DNA from: Thermoproteota archaeon
GTDB lineage: Archaea > Korarchaeota > Korarchaeia > Korarchaeales > Korarchaeaceae
DNA: 28,220 bases
Assembly (NCBI GenBank): GCA_027491435.1
Contig: JAOZFG010000025.1
Coordinates: 1 to 28,220 of the forward strand
Reading direction: 5' to 3'
Position numbers and translations under genes: made by a program. Of this stretch, positions 1 to 7,792 are shown in pieces. The notes beneath the pieces were generated by a model, which saw only the letters and a program-made list of their open reading frames with translations, did not search any database and was not told the origin of the DNA. How positions within the stretch are numbered: position 1 is the first letter of the stretch; each line of letters starts with the position of its first letter.

Positions 1-183
1 GGATTTATGGGCTACTCTGCGTACTCATTTCATCACGCTTTCAATCCCCTTTTCGGGATTCAGAGTTCAACGACATTCTGGACGAGCTCATAAGCGAAAA
101 CTTTCAATCCCCTTTTCGGGATTCTAGACGGAATGAAACTCGCCATAGGCTATTATATTCTTTCAATCCCCTTTTCGGGATTC
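1..183 (-). CRISPR. CRISPR array (leader-proximal end; continues off the left edge)
   Basis: Identical 24-bp repeats CTTTCAATCCCCTTTTCGGGATTC at 38-61, 101-124 and 160-183, plus a partial GGATT at 1-5. Unique spacers of 39 bp (62-100), 35 bp (125-159) and ~31-32 bp (6/7-37). On - the repeat reads GAATCCCGAAAAGGGGATTGAAAG, with the archaeal 3' ATTGAAAG handle and an AATCCC/GGGATT stem. Confidence 0.97.
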
Positions 184-468
184 CGACGGTGTATTACCCT
201 TGACTTACTTAAATAGGTTACCTCCACAGTACAATTTTTAACAGCCATTCGCTGCACTCCTATTTGCAGCCACTTTATATGTAGCAGCGAATTACTCACA
301 GAACCTATTATCGAAATACTTCCTTAGTTTATTATCAATATTTTTGAAAGCTCTTAGGTCAGTTGACTAGTTTCACTTAACTAAAAGCACTACTCCGAAT
401 AATACCTCTTGCCCCCGTCTCCCTTTGTAAGCCCCACTCACTACGACGGAGCTGGACGCTTGATCAGA
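184..468 (-). promoter_or_regulatory. CRISPR leader (AT-rich, non-coding); right boundary approximate
   Basis: AT-rich ORF-free stretch on the 5' side of the array in its inferred transcribed orientation, with TATA-like runs (e.g. ctttatat near 272-279). Confidence 0.7.
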
Positions 469-574
469 ATTTCTAATTTTTCTAAATGGTTATGCTTCTA
501 ATTAGAGATAAATTTAACAGATACTCCTGAAGCTTAATGTAGACCAAAGAATAGATGGCTCAAACGAACGTATT

Positions 575-722
575 ATTTCATTATTTCTAAATGACTTCTA
601 CAAGTCAAATTGCCAGTTATGCGCAAAAAGCCACAATTTCATTATTTCTAAATGACTTCTTCTGAGGGGGGTAACATAAGGGCCTTACAGGCCATACTAT
701 TTCATTATTTCTAAATGACTTC
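575..722 (-). CRISPR. Second CRISPR-like mini-array with divergent repeat (3 repeats, 2 spacers)
   Basis: Perfect 24-bp repeats ATTTCATTATTTCTAAATGACTTC at 575-598, 636-659 and 699-722, with unique spacers of 37 and 39 bp. On - it reads GAAGTCATTTAGAAATAATGAAAT (GAA start, AATGAAAT end). A degenerate copy lies at ~469-492. Confidence 0.6.
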
Positions 723-751
723 CGATCCCATAAAGTCTCAACATTCTCTTT

Positions 752-848
752 GCTTACTTGATAAAATCAAGCTTTCTAAATCGACGTTGAGCATCTCCCC
801 CTGGGTTCCCCTAGCCAGGGCTTACTTGATAAAATCGCACTTTCTAAA
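752..848. repeat. Two 29-bp direct repeats GCTTACTTGATAAAATC(AAG/GCA)CTTTCTAAA
   Basis: Copies at 752-780 and 820-848, 26/29 identical, separated by 39 bp. They share the TTTCTAAA core with the 575-722 repeats. Confidence 0.85.
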
Positions 849-984
849 GCCCATTATAATAACGAGAGCTCGTTACAAGGCAGTTTCTATAGCTGCACAA
901 CGCACCCTTTAAGTTAGAACCTCTTTATCAACACCTCTCCGAGAGCTAAGAGAGGCTCGCTGCAACTCTCAGCTCCCCTGGATT

Positions 985-1004
985 AATCGAGCATATGCTC
1001 GATT
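985..1004. repeat. Perfect 20-bp palindrome AATCGAGCATATGCTCGATT
   Basis: Read directly; lies in non-coding DNA between cas6 and the arrays. Confidence 0.85.
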
Positions 1005-1470
1005 CCGCTTTAGTAACTTTAATTTCTAGTAGCCTTAAATCTCTTTAGAAGTGGCGGATGGTAACATAGACCCACTATCAGTTTAAAAGGCAACTTCTAT
1101 CAACCATTCTAATTAGAGCAAATTGACGCTTTATTTTACCGGTATAAATTATTAGGAAGCTTCCACCGTCCGAGTCGCCTCGGTCACAAAGGACCTTAAC
1201 AACTAACTGTGAGGAACCTAACAGCAGCCGAGGGGGCCTTTAAAACAAGCGAACGCTCCCTTATAGTTGAAAGTTGTAACCTAAGGAGGGTTTTCACCGC
1301 ACTACGAATCTCGTCCGGCAGACCGTTTAGTCATAGGCCATTAGCGGTAGAAGCTCGCCTTAAGCTGCCTTAATCCTTTCAAACACCTGCCAGAAGTTAA
1401 CCCCACACCTCCGTTTAATTACGCTTTACTTGTCCGCTGGACTTAAACCCCGGTGTAAGCACGGCCACAG

Positions 1471-2241
1471 CTATTTCCCATGTGCGGACCTTTCAGCTTT
1501 CCTGTAACTTATCACTCCAAAACCCTTAGACCTCAACCCCCCTACGTTAACGTACTCTCCCAGCCTCATTAAGGCGTCTACTTTCCTCAGGAAGTCATCT
1601 CTCTCGTAATGAGAGTTGGCGGAGAAGTGAGCCCACCCTACAAATCCCACCTTGAAGTCGCCCTCGTCTTCATACTTCAAAGTCTTTATCTTGAGAGCTG
1701 AAATTACAATTCCCCAACTTTTTAACCAATTATGGAACTCCTCCCTCTCGTCCTCATCCTCCATAGGTCCCAAATACCTGTTCCAGACCCTGTGGAGGTT
1801 TATTAACATCCTATCAGGCAGGGGAACTGGAATGAACACGCCGCCCTTCACCCCTCCGCCGGGCCTGAAGAAAGTGGGGGTCCTGAACTTCACGGAGAAC
1901 TTCCTGACCACATCGCCCCGATATGGCCTGACCTCCTCTACCTCTACCCTGACCACCTCGAAGTCCCCTAGCCTGCTCCTGATTACACCGGAGAGTATGG
2001 CCTCGCTTAAAGCAGAAGTCACCTCTTCAGTGAAGGCCGTTACGTCCAGCACTAGGGCTTCCTCCTCTTTCTTCAGTGGTTTTACAGCGAAATCAGTTTG
2101 CATAGAACCTGATCTCCTAAGCTGGACGATTTGAGGGTTTACTTGCTCCAAGGCGCTTAAGACTATCGAATAGGAGGCAAACCCTTGGAAGCCCCTGGGC
2201 TCGTATCCCTCAGCCACCAAGTACAACCTGAACCTGTGCAC
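1471..2241 (-). CDS. cas6: CRISPR pre-crRNA endoribonuclease Cas6
   Basis: F-x-TPT-x-F motif, LP-x-P...LHRVWN, GFVG, and a C-terminal Gly-rich loop NVGGLRSKGFG. Start placed at GTG 2241 (256 aa, typical size) rather than ATG 2445, because TTTTAAAG lies 21-28 nt upstream. Confidence 0.92.
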   Translation of the reverse strand: MHRFRLYLVAEGYEPRGFQGFASYSIVLSALEQVNPQIVQLRRSGSMQTDFAVKPLKKEEEALVLDVTAFTEEVTSALSEAILSGVIRSRLGDFEVVRVEVEEVRPYRGDVVRKFSVKFRTPTFFRPGGGVKGGVFIPVPLPDRMLINLHRVWNRYLGPMEDEDEREEFHNWLKSWGIVISALKIKTLKYEDEGDFKVGFVGWAHFSANSHYERDDFLRKVDALMRLGEYVNVGGLRSKGFGVISYRKAERSAHGK

Positions 2242-2261
2242 TTGGAAACGTATGCCTTTCC

Positions 2262-2269
2262 CTTTAAAA
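2262..2269 (-). promoter_or_regulatory. Candidate TATA box for a leaderless cas6 transcript
   Basis: TTTTAAAG on - at archaeal TATA distance from GTG 2241. Confidence 0.45.
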
Positions 2270-2453
2270 GGTGAGGTGACCGAAGTTTCGTTTAGACGAG
2301 GCCGGTTGGAGCGATCGGTCCACACTAAAGATACTAGAGGTTCAAGTAGTGAGAGGAACTCTAAACGGTGGGCTTGAAAAATTCCCTTTAAAGCCTGAAG
2401 TTGACCCTCCCTGGCGACCCACCCATTTATTTTTTCCGAGCTCATATAAGGGG

Positions 2454-3953
2454 ATGAACCCGCTGAAATCCTTGCTAAGCGAAGTTAAGCTCTTGGCCCA
2501 CCTGCTTGGCGTTCCGCCAGCCAGGCCACTGCCCAGGGAGGTGAGGGTCTCTAACGTTCCCCCGTCGGTCCACGTCAAGTCCTCCCTCTCGGGAGACGAG
2601 CTGTTGATAAGCGGGGAGCTTGACCTCTCGGACGAACTGCTTCTGAGGAAGGAGGCCTTCTCCCTTTTCATACCTGAGGAGGCCGATGACATACCTCAGG
2701 TTCACGGCATGTCTTGGTTTTACGCCAGGGCCTCTAGGAAAGTCTGGAACAGGTTCAGGGAGAAGCCACCCCCTCCCTTCGAGACCTTCGACCTCTTCGA
2801 CTACCTGGAGCGCCTAGAAGGAGCGCAGGGGTTAAAGGAACTGCTCATGATGGTCAGAGCTGCTGCCATGAGCGGTGAGCTCACCTTTCCCGTTTTCACG
2901 GCCCTGGTTAGGAGGTGCACCATGAAGCCCCACAGGCCCACTAAGTCTCAGCTCGCCATCCTGAAGGAGCTGGCTAAGAGGCCCACAGCCGATATAAAGG
3001 AGCTCTCTTCCAGGACGGGAGTGCCCTACTCCACCCTCTGGAAGGCCCTCAGCAGCCTCAGGGAGGAGGACCTGATATCAGGGCCTGAGAACGTGGACAT
3101 CGGCATGTTAGGCCTGGACACGTACGTGATCTCCTATCCCAACGTTAAGGAGTTCAGGGAGGCCTTCTGGGAGTTCCCCTTCACCTACAACCAGTTGATC
3201 CCCCTGAACGGTGCCAGGGTTCATGCGTTCGTCCTGGCCCCAACAAAGGCCCTGATAGCCCTTTCCAGCCTGGAGGAGTTTGGGATGGAGGTGGGCAGGG
3301 TGACGATGGTGGCCCAGTCTTTCAACCTCAGCTACAGGGACGAGGAAGTGGGCGAGATGTTGAAAAGGGCGTTAACTGAGAGGTACACCTTCAGGAGGAA
3401 CGAGCAAAGGGGGAGCCCCTACCTGAAGCTCAAGGAGGACGACCTAAAAGTCCTTAACCAGATCCTGCTCTACGGGACCACCTCATCGTCCAAGCTGAAG
3501 GCCCTGGGGGTGAAGTCCGCCAAGAGGAGGTTAGCCAAGCTCAGGAACCTGGGGCTAATTAAGAGGTACTACACGGTCGGCTCCCCTCCAGGGACCAGGG
3601 TTCTGGTGGTCAAGGCCTCCTGCAGCGAAACGGAGGTTGGCAGGGTCTTCTCCCTCTTCAGGTCAGCTCCTGAAGTTCAGGTGGCTCACGTCTCGTCCAG
3701 AGAGGAGTTCTGCCTGGCGGTGATACACGCTTACCCTGGAACGGTGGAGCGATTCGTGGCGGCGGCTAAACTCTTCCTGGGCGACAGGCTCAGGTTCGCC
3801 GGCGAGGTATACGACGTGGTCACCTCTTGGACTTTACCAGTTGAGCTTTGGGTTCCTAGAAAGGGGTTCAACTGGGAGGAGCCCCTGGAGGATTTGAAGG
3901 GTAAGCTCGGCCCAATTTCCATGAAGGCTACTGGATTTAGTGATAAGGGGTAA
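2454..3953 (+). CDS. Putative transcriptional regulator: unknown N-terminal domain plus two wHTH/Lrp-AsnC-like modules
   Basis: HTH1 TKSQLAILKEL..IKELSSRTGVPYSTLWKALSSLREEDLI followed by 'VDIGMLGL' (Lrp-like linker). HTH2 LKEDDLKVLNQI..AKRRLAKLRNLGLIKRY. Start at ATG 2454 is inferred (499 aa). Confidence 0.7.
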   Translation: MNPLKSLLSEVKLLAHLLGVPPARPLPREVRVSNVPPSVHVKSSLSGDELLISGELDLSDELLLRKEAFSLFIPEEADDIPQVHGMSWFYARASRKVWNRFREKPPPPFETFDLFDYLERLEGAQGLKELLMMVRAAAMSGELTFPVFTALVRRCTMKPHRPTKSQLAILKELAKRPTADIKELSSRTGVPYSTLWKALSSLREEDLISGPENVDIGMLGLDTYVISYPNVKEFREAFWEFPFTYNQLIPLNGARVHAFVLAPTKALIALSSLEEFGMEVGRVTMVAQSFNLSYRDEEVGEMLKRALTERYTFRRNEQRGSPYLKLKEDDLKVLNQILLYGTTSSSKLKALGVKSAKRRLAKLRNLGLIKRYYTVGSPPGTRVLVVKASCSETEVGRVFSLFRSAPEVQVAHVSSREEFCLAVIHAYPGTVERFVAAAKLFLGDRLRFAGEVYDVVTSWTLPVELWVPRKGFNWEEPLEDLKGKLGPISMKATGFSDKG

Positions 3954-4268
3954 CTCTGATTAATAAGCTGTCAGGGGGTGGGGGGCTGGCCCTACCCCGG
4001 GAGAGGTGGGACGGGAGGTTCTACAACTCCCTCCGTGCCCCTGATATGAAACGTTATACTAAAAAAAGGTTGTTGAGAGCCCTCACTCGGGAGGGCTGGG
4101 AGGAGGATAAGGCGGAATCTTCGGACCCTTCATAGGCATCTGATCATTCCTGGGCCGAACTGACCATTATTCGAGATCCACAACCGCTTAACGGGCTAAT
4201 AACTTCTCTTGTAGGCTTTCTCTAGGAAAGGACTAATTAGATGGGTAGTTACACCTCTGGGAAAAATT

Positions 4269-5768
4269 CTAGTGGGTCAGCTCGTATATGAGCTGGATCA
4301 CCCTGCCTAGGTGGAGGTAGACGGGAAGCCTCCTCATCAGGGAGCGAACCACCCAGCTCTCCTCGTTGGGGACCAGGGCGTCAACGTCCCTCCCCCTTCT
4401 CCCCCTCGCCCTCGCGTGCACCTTCCTCAAGAGCCCCTTCTCCACCATCTTGTTGGTCAGGTACCTCTTTTTGAGTCGATATTCAGCCCTCTCATCTCTT
4501 AACGACAGGAGCTCGGCGAGCTCCGATACGGTCAGCCCATCCCTGGGAGCCCTGGACCTCAGCATCTGGTAAAGCCTCTCGGGACACCCTCCAAACTCCT
4601 TCTTGCCCTTGATTGAGGCGTCCGCCAGCATGTCCAGGGCTTTATCCGCTCCCTCCATAAGCCAGCACAGGTAGGCTGAGATGGGCTTTAAGGCCTCTGA
4701 TTCGCCCTGAAACTCCTCGTCAAGCAGGCGCTTCACCACGACAAGCCTTAGCACTTCCCTCTCCACGTCGCTCAGCTCTGGTAAGGTCCTAACGCTGACC
4801 TCCCCTCCGAGCCTCCTAACTACTACCTCAAGGGTCAAGGCGTCCCATGGATCCTGGGAGATGGACACCTCCCCGAACCTCCTCCTGTAGCCCTCCCTAA
4901 GGCCCATGGCCTCCACTAGCCCCTTGAAAACCCTGTTAAAGGTAGCGCCCAAGAACTTCCAGAGGGAAGTGAGCACATCCGGGTTCAGATTCACGGCGCC
5001 CAGGTAGGTGGCGTAGGGCCCCTCCAGCTCAAACCAGTTGTCCACCGCCAGCTTTAAAGAGAGGGAGTGATCCACCGCAATCCTTGCAAATCGCCTGAAC
5101 TTCCTCCTGCCGGCCTTGCCCTTCATCCTCACGAAGGAAAGGCCGAGAAGGCCGTCTCCGGATAAGAAGGTAGGGTGTAATCCCCTTATCAGCTTTGGGA
5201 CAGGGCCGACAGCCTTCATGGGTGACGTAATTCGGGCTAACTCCTCTCTAGTAGAGTTTAACGCCAGCTCCGGGCCCTCAAGTGGGATGGCTGGGGACCT
5301 TATGGATATGAACACCTCTGAGAAGTAGTTGGATGACATCCTGCCCTCTGTGGGCCTGTTAGCGTCTAGAACCTCCTTCAAGGATCTAAAGAGGGCTCTC
5401 CACTCCTCAGCGAACTCTGGGAGGGAGAAATCCCCTGAGGGCACTGCCGAGATCCTGACCCTGTGGACCTGACATAAGCCGAACCCCAGCCTCCTGACCT
5501 CGAACCTGAGGGGCCTGGTGGTCTTGAAGGTTCTGGCTCCGTTGATGACCTCCCTAACCCGCTCTAGCTCGTCCTGCGTAAGCCCTCTTGAGCTGGACAG
5601 GACCCTGAACCCCTCACAAAGCTTTCCCCATCCCGGAAAACCCTTGACCATCTCCCTGCAAATTTTGGCCACGTCCTCAGGTTTTTTAAGGGGTTGTCCC
5701 TTTAGGAGGGGCTCTTTAAGCAGGTAGGCCCTGACTATGGACATGGATAACCCTATCACGGGCATCAT
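4269..5768 (-). CDS. Uncharacterised 499-aa protein with C-terminal wHTH-like region, coupled to cas3
   Basis: Long ORF with host-like codon use. ATGA overlap with the cas3 stop and GAGGTG SD. C-terminal GLTVSELAELL...KMVEKGLL...ARGRRGR resembles an HTH plus basic wing. Confidence 0.8.
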   Translation of the reverse strand: MMPVIGLSMSIVRAYLLKEPLLKGQPLKKPEDVAKICREMVKGFPGWGKLCEGFRVLSSSRGLTQDELERVREVINGARTFKTTRPLRFEVRRLGFGLCQVHRVRISAVPSGDFSLPEFAEEWRALFRSLKEVLDANRPTEGRMSSNYFSEVFISIRSPAIPLEGPELALNSTREELARITSPMKAVGPVPKLIRGLHPTFLSGDGLLGLSFVRMKGKAGRRKFRRFARIAVDHSLSLKLAVDNWFELEGPYATYLGAVNLNPDVLTSLWKFLGATFNRVFKGLVEAMGLREGYRRRFGEVSISQDPWDALTLEVVVRRLGGEVSVRTLPELSDVEREVLRLVVVKRLLDEEFQGESEALKPISAYLCWLMEGADKALDMLADASIKGKKEFGGCPERLYQMLRSRAPRDGLTVSELAELLSLRDERAEYRLKKRYLTNKMVEKGLLRKVHARARGRRGRDVDALVPNEESWVVRSLMRRLPVYLHLGRVIQLIYELTH

Positions 5769-7792
5769 CGCACCTCGTGGAGGCCCAGCTCAGGGGAGTA
5801 GGCCACCCTGCCGCCTACCACGATGAAGGGGATCCCCTCCTCCCAGGCGTGCCCCCTCTCCAGGTACCCCTTAAGCTTGAGGAAGGGCACAGGGACCAGG
5901 GACTCCTTCATCCTCGCGTATATCCTCCTTCTTTCAGCGTAACCGGTGGCTTCCCTGTACTTCTGGTGGAGGGAGCGAACCTCCTGGACCTTGCTCTCGG
6001 GAACAGCTAATACGCTGGCTTCTCCCCTCAGGTGCCTGGCCAGCTGCTCTAGATCCGTGTCGACCCTGAAGAACTGGTCCTCGAAGATAGGCCTGAGGAG
6101 CCTTTCAGCCTGGATCAGCTCTGAGCTCATTATTTCCTCCACGTACTCATCGTACTCCCTTATCATTTCCAGGTAAGCGCCCTCACCTTCCCTCAAACTC
6201 TCGTGGTGTTTGTGAATCACTTGTCTGGAGTACTTAAACTCCAGCTCCGAGTAGGGGCGATGGTCCTTCACCTCAATTACGTAGACGTTGGGCTCCCTGG
6301 GGCTCACCTCCCCGTACCTGTTAACCCTGCCGGCCCTCTGTATCAAGGCCGGCACCGGGGCCATGTCCGTCACCAGGACGTCGAAGCTAACGTCTAGGGA
6401 GACTTCAGCAATCTGCGTTGCCACCAGAACCTTGGCGGCATCTATTTCTCCCTCCTTCCTCGCCCTGTCCCCTACGGTGAACCTGCTGTGAAGCAACACC
6501 TTTCCTGGAACCTCCAGCTTCCTGTAAAAGTCTATGGCCCTGTCCACCCTGTTGAGGATCACTAGGACCCTCCTCCCCCGGTTGAGTTGCTCCCTTACAA
6601 CATCTTCTCCCTCCCCTTCGTCGACGAAGGCGATGATGTGCCTCCTCTTCCTGGAGTACTCGTCAGACAGGTCGACCTCCTTGTAAGGGATTCCAGCCTC
6701 ACTGAGCGCCCTCACCAGCACCTTCTTGTAAGCCTTTATTGGGGTGGCGGTCATTAGCACGAACTCCATCCCGTAATCGGGGTAGTTAGCTATCGCCGTG
6801 GCCAGGGCCCCTATCATCCTGGCCGGCAGGAGGTGGTACTCGTCTATGACGAGCAGGGATCTCCTAAGCTGGAACCTCCTCATGTGGTACCTGTTGGCCC
6901 TCAGCATTGAGAGGAGCACCTGGTCCACCGTCGTGACGTTAACCTTGGGTATGAAGAGCCTGTAGAAGTCCAGAACCCTGTCGTCCTCGTCTAGAAGCCC
7001 CTTCCTGAGGAGGTCAACGTCGGCGAAGTAGAAGTACTCGCCCACCTCGTTAAACTTAAGGGACTCCACCAGCTTCCTCACTGCTGTGATGGTAGGGAGT
7101 GAGTAGAAGAGCTTCACCGGCTTTTCCTGGACCGCCTTGAGCAGGCCGACCAGGGTTTTACCCCAACCTGTGGGGGCAGTTAGGATTAGGCTTCCACGCC
7201 CCCTAGCAATCTCCTCCTGCCTCTTCAGCCTTTCCTCATCTACCTCACTTAGAAAGGAGGTGACTATCTCCTCTAGGGGCGGCCAGTCGCTTTCCAGGAT
7301 TTCCCTAACCCTGTCCACCATCCAGTTCGCCGAGGCGAAGTCGGCCAGCTTGAATATCCCGAAGGCGTCGGCGCACCTGACCGGCTCCCTCAGGGCCCCG
7401 GCTATCCTCAGGTATTCCTTGTAACTGGGGGGTTTTAGGGAGGAGTGGTGCTTCCTCACCAGGTAAATTAGGAGGTCGACCTGCTCCCCGGTTAGAGGCC
7501 TTAGAAGGGGCCTAACCTCGTCAAGCAAGCGGGCCCCCTCCCTGGAGTGGCTGAACCTGGCTCCAAACCCCCACTTAGGGTGGAGCTTCCCCAGGTCGTG
7601 CAGTTCGCAGAGGCACTTGACCAGGGGCTTGTGTGAGAGGCCGAACACGTCCAGGGCAAAGCTGGCCAGCTCCCAGCACTCTTGGACGTGCCTGGAGAGG
7701 GGCTTCCCTGGATGAGACTCCTTCTCGTCAGGCGAAGCCAGCTTATACCCCTTCTCGATGAGGGCCTTAACCACTTCCTTTAAAGAGCACAT
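5765..7792 (-). CDS. cas3: Cas3, fused N-terminal HD nuclease + SF2 helicase
   Basis: HD motifs RH..LHDLGK..SHS..KHHS..LADFAS. Helicase motifs APTGWGKT, IDEYH, MTATP, HSRF, ATQIAEVSLD, QRAGRVNR. Start at ATG 7792 overlaps the upstream stop (TGATG); 675 aa. Confidence 0.97.
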   Translation of the reverse strand: MCSLKEVVKALIEKGYKLASPDEKESHPGKPLSRHVQECWELASFALDVFGLSHKPLVKCLCELHDLGKLHPKWGFGARFSHSREGARLLDEVRPLLRPLTGEQVDLLIYLVRKHHSSLKPPSYKEYLRIAGALREPVRCADAFGIFKLADFASANWMVDRVREILESDWPPLEEIVTSFLSEVDEERLKRQEEIARGRGSLILTAPTGWGKTLVGLLKAVQEKPVKLFYSLPTITAVRKLVESLKFNEVGEYFYFADVDLLRKGLLDEDDRVLDFYRLFIPKVNVTTVDQVLLSMLRANRYHMRRFQLRRSLLVIDEYHLLPARMIGALATAIANYPDYGMEFVLMTATPIKAYKKVLVRALSEAGIPYKEVDLSDEYSRKRRHIIAFVDEGEGEDVVREQLNRGRRVLVILNRVDRAIDFYRKLEVPGKVLLHSRFTVGDRARKEGEIDAAKVLVATQIAEVSLDVSFDVLVTDMAPVPALIQRAGRVNRYGEVSPREPNVYVIEVKDHRPYSELEFKYSRQVIHKHHESLREGEGAYLEMIREYDEYVEEIMSSELIQAERLLRPIFEDQFFRVDTDLEQLARHLRGEASVLAVPESKVQEVRSLHQKYREATGYAERRRIYARMKESLVPVPFLKLKGYLERGHAWEEGIPFIVVGGRVAYSPELGLHEVR

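Noticed and set aside
469-848. Replication origin (ORB/iteron) interpretation of the repeats
   Set aside because: No ORB consensus (TTCCAGTGGAAA + G-string) and no cdc6/orc1 in the window.
715-912. 65-aa ORF in the track
   Set aside because: Runs through the non-coding repeats and palindromes, has atypical codon use and no SD.
1994-2003. 10-nt match (AGTATGGCCT) of the 5' end of mini-array spacer 660-698 (- strand) inside cas6; a looser match lies near 10476-10495
   Set aside because: Short, within coding sequence rather than a promoter, and no CCN/TCN-type PAM 5' of it; compatible with chance.
2242-2453. Extended starts for cas6 (2445) and the regulator (2349)
   Set aside because: They would overlap head-to-head. 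The extensions are not protein-like and better starts exist at 2241 and 2454.
4011-4031. tRNA T-arm-like GGGAG-GTTCTACAA-CTCCC
   Set aside because: Loop is 9 nt, and no D-arm/anticodon cloverleaf can be built.
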